From Candidatus Nealsonbacteria bacterium (GTDB lineage: Bacteria; Patescibacteriota; Minisyncoccia; Minisyncoccales; JANBVM01), in NCBI GenBank assembly GCA_047456295.1, contig CP179887.1, positions 1 through 43,943 of the forward strand: a stretch of 43,943 nucleotides of DNA, in the 5' to 3' direction. Made by a program: the position numbers and the translations under genes. Positions 28,214 through 36,657 of the stretch are shown in pieces (within the stretch, counting starts at the first letter, position 1; each line of letters starts with the position of its first letter). A model generated the notes under the pieces. The model worked only from the letters and a program-made list of their open reading frames with translations, had not been told where the DNA came from and made no database searches.

Positions 28214-28295
28214 GAAGAGTAAAAAGACATATAATATTATATAGGGTTTCAAAGGAACCTTTTTATTTTTTCAAAAATTTTGTTAAAATGAATAA

Positions 28296-29027
28296 ATGTC
28301 AAATAAAATCCATTTATCTGTTGTTGTTCCAGCTTATAACGAACAGAACAGGTTGCCTAAAACCTTAAGGGAGATTGAAAAATATTTAAAAACCCAATCC
28401 TATGATTGGGAGATTGTGGTGGTAAACGATGGCTCAAAAGACAACACCTCTCAGGTTGTAAAGGAATTGTTGTCTGAGATTGAAAATTTAAGGTTGGTTG
28501 ATAATAAAGAAAATCATGGCAAGGGTTATGTTGTAAGACAGGGAATGCTGGAAGCCAAGGGAAAATACAGGGTTTTTACAGATGCTGATAATTCTACTTC
28601 AATTGACCAGGTGGAGAAGATGTGGCCGGAATTTGAAAAAGGATACGATATTATCATAGGTTCCAGGGATATAAAAGGAGCTGTTCTTTCTGTTCCCCAG
28701 ACATGGCTGAGGAGAAGGATAGGAGACATCTTTAACCTATTGGTTCAAATAACCTGTGGCTTGTGGGGAATCTGGGATACCCAGTGCGGGTTTAAAGGAT
28801 TTACCGAGAAAGCTGCAGAAGACATTTTTCCCAAATGCAGGATTGACCGTTTTGCTTTTGACCCTGAGATTTTGGTGATAGCTAAAAAAATGGGATACAA
28901 AATAAAGGAGATTCCTGTAACATGGATAAATGATCCAGAGAGTAAGGTAAAACTCAAAAGCATGATTAAAATGGCCGTTGATTTATTGAAAATAAGAAAG
29001 AATCTTATTATTAAAAAATATGATTAA
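28296..29027 (+). CDS. family 2 glycosyltransferase (polyprenyl/dolichyl-phosphate hexosyltransferase-like)
   Basis: LSVVVPAYNEQNRLPKTL, VVNDGSKDNT, FTDADNS (DxD), QCGFKGF. Confidence 0.8.
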   Translation: MSNKIHLSVVVPAYNEQNRLPKTLREIEKYLKTQSYDWEIVVVNDGSKDNTSQVVKELLSEIENLRLVDNKENHGKGYVVRQGMLEAKGKYRVFTDADNSTSIDQVEKMWPEFEKGYDIIIGSRDIKGAVLSVPQTWLRRRIGDIFNLLVQITCGLWGIWDTQCGFKGFTEKAAEDIFPKCRIDRFAFDPEILVIAKKMGYKIKEIPVTWINDPESKVKLKSMIKMAVDLLKIRKNLIIKKYD

Positions 29028-30084
29028 AAAACCAAGAACCAAAAGCCAGAAATCAAAGATTAAGTTTCCTTCAGAACTGCGTTTTGATTTGGTTTCAAGA
29101 GACTGGGTGGTGATAGCAACGGGCAGGGGAAAGAAGCCAGAGGTTTTTAAAAAAGGGAAAAGGATTAAGACAAGGATGTCTAAAAAAGATTGTCCTTTTT
29201 GTAATATTGAGAGCCAGAAACCACCGGTTTTAATCTATTCCCGGGGTAAAAAAATTCCTTTACAAAAGAATAAGATTCCTTCTTTCTGGTCGGTTGTTGT
29301 AATCCCTAATAGATATCCGGCTTTGTTGCCCTATCCCAGATTAGACAAAAAAAGAGAGGGGAAATTTTATCAAACAATGAATGCAGTAGGGTTTTGTGAA
29401 TTGGTAATCACCAGAGACCACCAGAGACATTTTCCCCATTTTAAAACAGGCCAGATAAAAGAGATATTTGACGCTTACCAGGAAAGGTATTTGGCTTTAA
29501 TGAATAAGCGTTTTGTTAATTATGTCTCTATTTTTCACAATCACGGAAAAGAGGCTGGAGCTTCCCAGCCCCATCCCCATTCCCAGATTATAACCACTCC
29601 CTTGATTGATATTGATTTGAAGAAAGCCCTTTCCAATTCTGAGAGATATTTTAAGAAGAATAAAAAGTGTATTTATTGCGAGATGAATAAATGGGAGAAA
29701 AAGGTTAAAAAAAGAGTCATCTTTGAAAATAAATATTTTTTGGCAATCTGTCCTTTTGCCTCAAAAATGGCTTTTCAGGTTATTGTTTCTCCCAAGCAAC
29801 ACTCGCCATATTTTGAGAAGGCAGATGAAAAAGAAAAATGGTATCTAGCTGAAGCTTTTGGAGCCAGCATGAGGGCTTTATATAAAGGTTTAGCTGATCC
29901 TCCTTATAATTTCTATTTACATACAGCTCCCTGTGACGGAGAATATCATACTCATTATCACTGGCACTGGACAATCTTACCAAAGACATCTACTTTTGCT
30001 GGCTTTGAAATCGGTACCAGAATGGAAATCTCAACCATTGAGCCTGAAAAAGCAGCAGAATACTTAAGAAAACAATTAAAATAA
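29020..30084 (+). CDS. galT: galactose-1-phosphate uridylyltransferase family (GalT/HIT superfamily) protein
   Basis: CPFC zinc motif, VIPNRYPAL, GASQPHPHSQI (HxHxQ active site). Substrate not determinable from sequence. Confidence 0.75.
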   Translation: MIKKPRTKSQKSKIKFPSELRFDLVSRDWVVIATGRGKKPEVFKKGKRIKTRMSKKDCPFCNIESQKPPVLIYSRGKKIPLQKNKIPSFWSVVVIPNRYPALLPYPRLDKKREGKFYQTMNAVGFCELVITRDHQRHFPHFKTGQIKEIFDAYQERYLALMNKRFVNYVSIFHNHGKEAGASQPHPHSQIITTPLIDIDLKKALSNSERYFKKNKKCIYCEMNKWEKKVKKRVIFENKYFLAICPFASKMAFQVIVSPKQHSPYFEKADEKEKWYLAEAFGASMRALYKGLADPPYNFYLHTAPCDGEYHTHYHWHWTILPKTSTFAGFEIGTRMEISTIEPEKAAEYLRKQLK

Positions 30085-30088
30085 ATTT

Positions 30089-30778
30089 ATGAATAAAATA
30101 TTCATTGTAGGTAACTGGAAAATGAATCCTCAAACCTCAAGAGAGGCTATTCATCTTTTGAACTCAATAAAAACAAGGATTAAAAATACCAAGAAGGTGG
30201 AGGTGGTGATTTGTCCTCCATTTGTGTATTTGGCCGGCATTGGGAAGAAAAAATCAGCAAAGATAAGACTGGGCAGCCAAGATTGTTTCTGGGAGGAAAA
30301 AGGCGCTTTTACAGGAGAGGTTTCTTCTCTGATGCTTAAGGATTTAGGTTGTAGCTATGTTATTGTAGGTCACTCTGAAAGGCGAAAATATTTTCATGAA
30401 AGTGATACCATGATTAACAAAAAACTGAAGTCAGTCCTTGGGCAGGGTTTAAGACCTATTTTATGTATTGATAAGGTTTCCCAGATTAAGAAAGACATTA
30501 AAGGAATTCCTGAAAAAAAGATAAAGAAGATAATTTTGGCCTATGAACCCATCTGGGCAATTGGAACTGGAAAGGCCTGCAGCTTTAAACAGGCAAAGAA
30601 GTTTAATCTTTCAATTAAAAGGGTTTTGGGAAAGAAACATCCTGTTTTGTATGGAGGCAGTGTTAGTTCTCAGAATGCCTTAGGATATATCAAAGAAGCT
30701 CAATTTCAGGGTCTTTTAATTGGTGGGGCTTCTTTAAAACCAAAGGAATTTGTTAAGGTAATTGAACTGATGGCTTGA
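30089..30778 (+). CDS. tpiA: triosephosphate isomerase
   Basis: VGNWKMN, VIVGHSERR, AYEPIWAIGTG, YGGSV. Confidence 0.92.
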   Translation: MNKIFIVGNWKMNPQTSREAIHLLNSIKTRIKNTKKVEVVICPPFVYLAGIGKKKSAKIRLGSQDCFWEEKGAFTGEVSSLMLKDLGCSYVIVGHSERRKYFHESDTMINKKLKSVLGQGLRPILCIDKVSQIKKDIKGIPEKKIKKIILAYEPIWAIGTGKACSFKQAKKFNLSIKRVLGKKHPVLYGGSVSSQNALGYIKEAQFQGLLIGGASLKPKEFVKVIELMA

Positions 30779-30847
30779 TTTTTTAAGCATTTTCCTGTTA
30801 TATTAATAAATTAAGGTTCACAAAGAAACTAAAACCTTAAATTCATT

Positions 30848-31393
30848 ATGAAAAAGACTCTTCCAACTTCAACACTTTCAAAGCAGAAACCTGTCTGGCA
30901 GGGTAATTTTTTTAATCCTAGTTGCGGCAACTTAAAATTAAATCAAGTTATTGATGAGATATTGGGTTACATCAGGGGCAAGCCTGAGAAATTTTATGAT
31001 ATTATTATCGGGTGTGATTCTTCTTCGGGACAAACTCCTCATTTCCCGGTGGCAATAGTTGCTTTGAGAACAGGAGAAGGAGGAAGGTTTTTCCTTAAAA
31101 AGATTAGTTATAAAAACAGAAAGTTTTACTCCTGGAAAGAAAGAATCTTAGAAGAGGTCTTGATATCTTGCGATTTAGCCCTCCATTTTAAGGAAAGATT
31201 GGATAACAGAATGAAAAAGGAAGACAAACCCTATAATTATCAATTCAGATATATCCATGCTGACGTAGGAGAAAATGGAGGCACCAAGGACATGATAAAG
31301 GAAGTAGTGGGATTGATAAGGGGAAATGGTTTTGAACCAAAGATAAAGCCAGAAGCCTATGTAGCTTCAGCTGTAGCTGACAGATACACTTAA
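30848..31393 (+). CDS. DUF458/YkuK-like (RNase H-like fold) protein
   Basis: IIIGCDSS ... HADVGENGGTKDMIKEVVGLIRGNGFEPKIKPEAYVASAVADRYT matches my recollection of the YkuK family pattern. Confidence 0.5.
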   Translation: MKKTLPTSTLSKQKPVWQGNFFNPSCGNLKLNQVIDEILGYIRGKPEKFYDIIIGCDSSSGQTPHFPVAIVALRTGEGGRFFLKKISYKNRKFYSWKERILEEVLISCDLALHFKERLDNRMKKEDKPYNYQFRYIHADVGENGGTKDMIKEVVGLIRGNGFEPKIKPEAYVASAVADRYT

Positions 31394-31415
31394 AGAATCA
31401 AGGGTTTGAAATCCA

Positions 31416-33212
31416 ATGAACTCAAAAAAGATAAGAGAAAAATTCTTACATTTTTTTGATAAAAAGGGACATAAGATTGTGCCTTCTTCTTCGTTGTTGC
31501 CAAAGGATTCTTCGGTTTTATTTACCACTGCTGGAATGCAGCAGTTTACCTCATATTTACAGGGAGAAAAAGACCCTTTAAAGGATTTTGGAACCAGACA
31601 TCTAGCTTCCTGCCAAAAATGTTTCAGGACAGATGATATTGATGAGGTAGGGGATGACCATCATCATACCTTTTTTGAAATGCTGGGAAATTGGTCAGTT
31701 GGTCAGGATCCTGAAAAAGGTTATTTTAGAGAAGGAGCTATTGAATATGCCCTGGAGTTTTTTGTGGATATTCTGGAGCTGGATAAAAATAGGCTTTGGG
31801 CAACTATTTTTAAGGGAGAAAAAGGTATACTTAAAGACAAAGACTCTCAGAGGATTTGGCAGGAAAATGGAATTCCAAAAGAAAGAATAAGGGAATTCGG
31901 GATAAAGGATAATTTTTGGGGTCCGGTTGGAAACACAGGTCCCTGCGGTCCTTGTTCAGAAATATTTTATGACAGAGGAGAGACATTTGGTTGCAAGGCT
32001 CCTGACTGCGGACCCAACTGTAATGATTGCAGCCGTTTTATAGAGTTGTGGAATCTGGTCTTTATGGAATATGTTAAAAAAGAAAATGGGGAATATCAAC
32101 TTCTTTCCCAAAAAAATGTAGACACAGGAGCAGGTCTTGAAAGATTGGCATCTGTCTTACAAAACAAACCCTCAGCTTATGAGACAGATCTTTTTTTTCC
32201 AATCCTCCAGGAATTGGAAAGACTTTCTTTAAGAAATTATGATAAAGAGAAAAGGATTTTCAGGATTTTAGCTGATCATATCAGGGGGGCAGTTTTTTTA
32301 GCCTCTGAAGGAGTTTTTCCCTCTAATGTGGAACAAGGATATATCTTGAGACGGCTTTTGAGAAGAATAATAAGGTTTGGAAAGTTGCTCAATTTACCTC
32401 CAGATTTTTTAATCTCTTTAGCCAAAAAAGTGGTGGAAATTTACAGAGATATTTATCCTGAAGTAAAATCCAAAGAAACAGATGTTTTAACTATTATCCA
32501 GAGAGAACAGGAAAAGTTTGAGAAAACCCTGGAAAAAGGTTTAAAACAGTTTGAGAAGGTTTTAATAAAAGGAGAAATCTCAGGTATTGATGCTTTTCAT
32601 CTTTATGACACCTATGGATTTCCTTTGGAATTGACAGAGGAATTGGCAAAGGAAAAAGGAGTAAAGGTTGATAAACAAGGATTTAAACAAGCATTTAAAA
32701 AACACCAGGAGGTTTCAAGGGCCGGGGCTGAAAAGAAATTTGGTGGAATCGGAAAGGATGCTACGTTAGCTGTCACCAGGCTTCATACAGCTACCCATTT
32801 ACTCCACCAATCTTTAAGAGAGGTTTTAGGTTCTAATGTTAAACAAATGGGTTCTGATGCCACTCCTAAACGTTTGAGATTTGATTTTTCCCATTTACAG
32901 AAACTGACAGCTGAAGAACTGGAGAAGATTGAGGGCCTGGTAAATAAAAAGATAGAAGAAGATTTAGAGGTTAAAAAACAAGAGATGGGTTATCAAGAAG
33001 CAATAAAATCAGGAGCTTTGGCTTTTTTTAAAGACAAATATCCTGATAAGGTTACTATTTATTCTATTGTGGATGCTTCAGGAAAGGTTTTCTCAAAAGA
33101 GATTTGTGCAGGTCCCCATGTCAGTCGTACCAGTGAATTAGGTCATTTTAAGATTATTAAAGAAGAGTCAGTTGGGGCAGGAGTAAGAAGAATCCGGGCA
33201 GTGGTTAAATAG
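31416..33212 (+). CDS. alaS: alanine--tRNA ligase, short form (catalytic + editing domains, no C-Ala domain)
   Basis: FTTAGMQQF, FEMLGNWS, GPCGPCSEIFYD, ELWNLVFMEY, editing HTATHLLHQSL and ICAGPHV. Ends at GVRRIRAVVK after 598 aa. Confidence 0.9.
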   Translation: MNSKKIREKFLHFFDKKGHKIVPSSSLLPKDSSVLFTTAGMQQFTSYLQGEKDPLKDFGTRHLASCQKCFRTDDIDEVGDDHHHTFFEMLGNWSVGQDPEKGYFREGAIEYALEFFVDILELDKNRLWATIFKGEKGILKDKDSQRIWQENGIPKERIREFGIKDNFWGPVGNTGPCGPCSEIFYDRGETFGCKAPDCGPNCNDCSRFIELWNLVFMEYVKKENGEYQLLSQKNVDTGAGLERLASVLQNKPSAYETDLFFPILQELERLSLRNYDKEKRIFRILADHIRGAVFLASEGVFPSNVEQGYILRRLLRRIIRFGKLLNLPPDFLISLAKKVVEIYRDIYPEVKSKETDVLTIIQREQEKFEKTLEKGLKQFEKVLIKGEISGIDAFHLYDTYGFPLELTEELAKEKGVKVDKQGFKQAFKKHQEVSRAGAEKKFGGIGKDATLAVTRLHTATHLLHQSLREVLGSNVKQMGSDATPKRLRFDFSHLQKLTAEELEKIEGLVNKKIEEDLEVKKQEMGYQEAIKSGALAFFKDKYPDKVTIYSIVDASGKVFSKEICAGPHVSRTSELGHFKIIKEESVGAGVRRIRAVVK

Positions 33213-33272
33213 ATTCTTTTTTATTATGAATCCTTTGTTTTAAAATAAAGGATTTTTTGATATAATTCAGGT

Positions 33273-34520
33273 ATGAGAAAGAAAATATTGGATATTTTAC
33301 CCAAGGAGCCTTCTGTCCCTTCTTGTGAAATAAAAGAGCCACTGGTAAGGGATAAAGAGCTTCCTACAAAAAGCAATAAAAAAGGGTTATGGTTTTTAAT
33401 CCTTTTATTGCTCATATTGACTGTCATGTTTGGCTTTAAGATATCAAGAGCTGAGATTAAGATCTGGCCAGATACTGAAACCACTGTTTTGGAAACAGAA
33501 TTATCCATAGACACGTCAATTCAATATCTCGACTTTAAAAATAAGGTTATTCCAGGACAGGTTTTTGAGGTTGAAGAAAGCATTTCTAGAATCTTTTCCT
33601 CTTCTGGCAAGACCTTAAAAAAGGCAGAAGGTGTTATCAGGCTTTATAATGCTTATACCACAAAGTCTGAAATATGGTTGAAAGGAACCAGGTTTGTGTC
33701 GGCTGAAGGAAAGTTATTTAAGTCAAAAGACAGGATATATGTGCCAGGAGCTGAGATTAAAGACGGAAAGATTATTCCCAGATATATTGATGTTCCGGTG
33801 ATAGCTGCTGAATTTGGTGAAGATTATAACATTGGTCCTTCTCATTTTTCCATCTTTGTTTACAGGGGCACGCCAAGATACACCAAGTTTTACGGGGAGT
33901 CTCTTGAATCCATGAAAGGAGGAGGAGAATCACCTCAGGTTACGGCAGAGGATTTAACAGAAGCTGAGGAAATTTTAACAGAGGAGGCAAAGGCAAAATC
34001 TGTCAGGAGTTTGAGAGAAAAGGTGGGAGATGAATTTATTTTTTTAACTGATATTTCTAAAACAGAAATCACAGAGAAAATATCTTTGGCAAAGGCTGGT
34101 GATGAAATGAGCGGATTTACTTTTAAGGTAGAGACAAAAGCCATTGCCCTTATTTTCAAGAAACAGGAGATTGAAAGATTTACCAGAGACTTTATTGTTT
34201 CTAGACTCCCTGAACAGAAATTGCTTTATACAGAAAGTTTAAAAATAGATTATACTCCTCAGCTTGTTGATTGGGAATCTGGAAAGGTTAACCTTTCTTT
34301 GAAGCTTTCTTGTAAAATCTATCCTAAAACCGATTTGCAGGCTCTGAAAAGGGGTTTGATGGGAAAAACTTTGTCTGAAACAAAGATTTTTCTGGAAAAT
34401 CAACCAGAATTTATCAGTACAGAGATTAAGTTTTGGCCTTTTTGGGTAAAAAGCATTCCTAAAGATTTGGATAAGATTGAAATTAAGTATCCTATTATTG
34501 ATGTTTTAAGAGAGATTTAG
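33273..34520 (+). CDS. hypothetical membrane-anchored protein, possibly baseplate J/gp47-like
   Basis: One TM helix (LWFLILLLLILTVMFGF). LKGTRFVSAEGKLFKS...VPVIAAEFGEDYNIGPSHFSI resembles the baseplate-J pattern; the assignment is tentative. Confidence 0.4.
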   Translation: MRKKILDILPKEPSVPSCEIKEPLVRDKELPTKSNKKGLWFLILLLLILTVMFGFKISRAEIKIWPDTETTVLETELSIDTSIQYLDFKNKVIPGQVFEVEESISRIFSSSGKTLKKAEGVIRLYNAYTTKSEIWLKGTRFVSAEGKLFKSKDRIYVPGAEIKDGKIIPRYIDVPVIAAEFGEDYNIGPSHFSIFVYRGTPRYTKFYGESLESMKGGGESPQVTAEDLTEAEEILTEEAKAKSVRSLREKVGDEFIFLTDISKTEITEKISLAKAGDEMSGFTFKVETKAIALIFKKQEIERFTRDFIVSRLPEQKLLYTESLKIDYTPQLVDWESGKVNLSLKLSCKIYPKTDLQALKRGLMGKTLSETKIFLENQPEFISTEIKFWPFWVKSIPKDLDKIEIKYPIIDVLREI

Positions 34521-34545
34521 CATTATTCCTTAAGCTGTTAAAGGA

Positions 34546-34574
34546 TTGACTAAATCCTAAATCTTTGATACATT
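34546..34574 (+). promoter_or_regulatory. candidate promoter TTGACT-17-TACATT upstream of infA
   Basis: Hexamers at 34546-34551 and 34569-34574. Confidence 0.45.
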
Positions 34575-34586
34575 AACTCATTATTA

Positions 34587-34802
34587 GTGAAAAAAGATAA
34601 AATTAGAAAATCAGGAGTAGTTTTAGAGGCTCTACCAGCTGGTAATTTCCGTATACAATTGGAAGATGGAAAGGAAGCCTTATGTCATCTTGCCGGGAAG
34701 TTAAGAATTTATAGAATCAGGATTTTACCCGGAGACAAGGTAACGGTAGAAATGAGTCCCTATGATGATAAAAGGGGAAGAATAGTTTATCGTAACCGCT
34801 AA
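34587..34802 (+). CDS. infA: translation initiation factor IF-1
   Basis: GVVLEALPAGNFRIQLEDGKEALCHLAGKLRIYRIRILPGDKVTVEMSPYDDKRGRIVYR; GTG start. Confidence 0.93.
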   Translation: MKKDKIRKSGVVLEALPAGNFRIQLEDGKEALCHLAGKLRIYRIRILPGDKVTVEMSPYDDKRGRIVYRNR

Positions 34803-34884
34803 TAACATTACCATTGAAATGTTAAGCCTAGTATCTAGGTTGTTCGTTGTAGTTTTTTGATTCCTAGATATCAGGCTGCTTAAT

Positions 34885-35001
34885 ATGAAAGTAAGGTCAT
34901 CTGTTAAAAAAATTTGTAGACACTGTAAAATTGTTCGGAGAAAAGGACGGGTTTATGTTGTTTGCAAAAAGAATCCAAAACACAAACAAAGACAAGGATA
35001 A
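34885..35001 (+). CDS. rpmJ: 50S ribosomal protein L36 (zinc form)
   Basis: 38-aa ORF below the track cutoff: [38 protein letters not shown]. Confidence 0.93.
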   Translation: MKVRSSVKKICRHCKIVRRKGRVYVVCKKNPKHKQRQG

Positions 35002-35070
35002 GTCAGGAGCTACTATTTAGTTTTGGGGTTATAATAACACCCCAATTTCTAAATCATAGGTTCTAGTAAT

Positions 35071-35460
35071 ATGCCAAGGATTGCAGGGGTTAATATACCC
35101 GAAGAAAAAAAAATAAAGATAGCTTTGACCTATATTTATGGAATAGGTCTTTCTTTGAGTAGTAAAATCCTTCTTGAGACTGGAATAAATCCTTCAACTA
35201 AAGCAAAGGATATTAAACCTGATGAGATAAACCGTTTAAAAGAGATAATTGAAAAGAATTATAAAGTAGAAGGGGAGGCAAAGAGAAAAGTAATGATGGC
35301 TATTAAAAGACTGAAGGATATCGGGACCTGGAGAGGACTTCGTCATATTAAAAGATTACCGGTAAGGGGTCAAAGAACCAAGACAAATACCAGGACAGTA
35401 AGGGGGAACGTAAGGAAAACAGTGGGGTCTGGAAGAAAGCCAGCTCCTACTTCTAAATAA
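35071..35460 (+). CDS. rpsM: 30S ribosomal protein S13
   Basis: MPRIAGVNIPEEKKIKIALTYIYGIG ... WRGLRHIKRLPVRGQRTKTN. Confidence 0.95.
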   Translation: MPRIAGVNIPEEKKIKIALTYIYGIGLSLSSKILLETGINPSTKAKDIKPDEINRLKEIIEKNYKVEGEAKRKVMMAIKRLKDIGTWRGLRHIKRLPVRGQRTKTNTRTVRGNVRKTVGSGRKPAPTSK

Positions 35461-35484
35461 TATTTTATTTAAGGTTTTAAAAAA

Positions 35485-35937
35485 ATGGGTAAAAAACGTG
35501 TTATTACCAAAACCAAAGAAGAGTTGCTAAAGGAAAGAGAAAGGGTAGAGGCAGCAGTAAAAAAAGAAATTAAATTGAGAGCTCCTCAGAAAGTAAAAGA
35601 GGGGAGGATTTATATTTATTCTTCATACAACAATACTATTCTAACCTTAACCGATAATCAGGGAAATGTTTTATACTGGACTTCAGCTGGCAGGATTGGT
35701 TTCAAAGGTACCAAGAAAGGCACTCCCTTTGCTGCTTCCAGGGTGGCTGAAGCCATGGCTCAGGCAGCTTATAAGCTAAAGGTTAAGAAGATTAAGGTTT
35801 TTATTAAAGGAATAGGTTCTGGCAGGAATTCAGCCATAAAGAGCTTGGCAGCCCGGGATCTGGATATAGTGTCTGTTAAAGATGTAACGCCTATTCCTCA
35901 CAATGGTTGCAGACCTAAAAAGCCCAGAAGGGTATAA
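35485..35937 (+). CDS. rpsK: 30S ribosomal protein S11
   Basis: GRIYIYSSYNNTILTLTDNQGNVLYWTSAG..GFKGTKKGTPFAA ... DVTPIPHNGCRPKKPRR. Confidence 0.95.
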   Translation: MGKKRVITKTKEELLKERERVEAAVKKEIKLRAPQKVKEGRIYIYSSYNNTILTLTDNQGNVLYWTSAGRIGFKGTKKGTPFAASRVAEAMAQAAYKLKVKKIKVFIKGIGSGRNSAIKSLAARDLDIVSVKDVTPIPHNGCRPKKPRRV

Positions 35938-35943
35938 AACACA

Positions 35944-36576
35944 ATGAAAGGATCAAAATGTAAAATTTGTCGGAGAGTAGGGGAAAAGCTTTTTTTAAAA
36001 GGTGAACGTTGTGTTTCACCCAAATGTGCCATGGTCAAGAGGCCCTATCCCCCTGGTCAAAGGGCAAAAAAGAGAAGGAAAGGTCGTCCTTCTGAATATG
36101 CAAAGGAGTTAAGGGAAAAACAAAAATTAAGAAATTGGTACAATTTAGAGGAAAAGCAGTTTAAGAACTATGTAAAGAAAATACTGAGAAAGAAAGGTAA
36201 AATAAAAGATCCTTCACTTTCTCTTATTCAGGTGCTGGAATCCCGTTTTGATAATATAATCTTTAGATTTGGTTTTACTCTTTCCAGGGTCAAGGCAAGA
36301 CAGCTGGTGTCCCACGGTTACTTTCTGGTTAATGGAAAAGAGACAAATTTTCCTTCCCGCCACTTAAAGAAAGGAGATGTTGTTTCTTTGAGGCCTCAAA
36401 AAAGCAAGAAAAAGATTGTTAAAGATATTAGGATTTTAATAAAAAAGAACAAACCTCCTGCCTGGCTTGAATTAAACACCGAGAAATTAGAAGGGAAGGT
36501 AATAAAATTTCCTACCTTAGAAGAGGTATCACCACCTGTGGAGATACCAGCTATCTTTGAGTTTTATTCAAGATAG
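35944..36576 (+). CDS. rpsD: 30S ribosomal protein S4 (Cys4 N-terminus)
   Basis: CKICRRVGEKLFLKGERCVSPKCA ... LESRFDNIIFRFGF..SRVKARQLVSHGYFLVNG. Confidence 0.95.
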   Translation: MKGSKCKICRRVGEKLFLKGERCVSPKCAMVKRPYPPGQRAKKRRKGRPSEYAKELREKQKLRNWYNLEEKQFKNYVKKILRKKGKIKDPSLSLIQVLESRFDNIIFRFGFTLSRVKARQLVSHGYFLVNGKETNFPSRHLKKGDVVSLRPQKSKKKIVKDIRILIKKNKPPAWLELNTEKLEGKVIKFPTLEEVSPPVEIPAIFEFYSR

Positions 36577-36657
36577 CCTTAATCTGTTTGGGGTATATTG
36601 TTTGGGGTTTAGTTATTTTTACTAACCCCTGGACAGTAAACCCAAACATTAAATAAT

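Noticed and set aside
31654-31890. 78-aa same-strand nested ORF inside alaS, and 40927..41136 spanning the NifX-like/CDF junction.
   Set aside because: They are out-of-frame overlaps with well-supported genes and have no motifs.
35021-36610. TTTTGGGG / GTTTGGGG strings resembling telomeric or G-quadruplex repeats.
   Set aside because: There are only one or two copies per site, each with a complementary C-rich partner nearby. Ordinary RNA hairpins in operon spacers explain them better.
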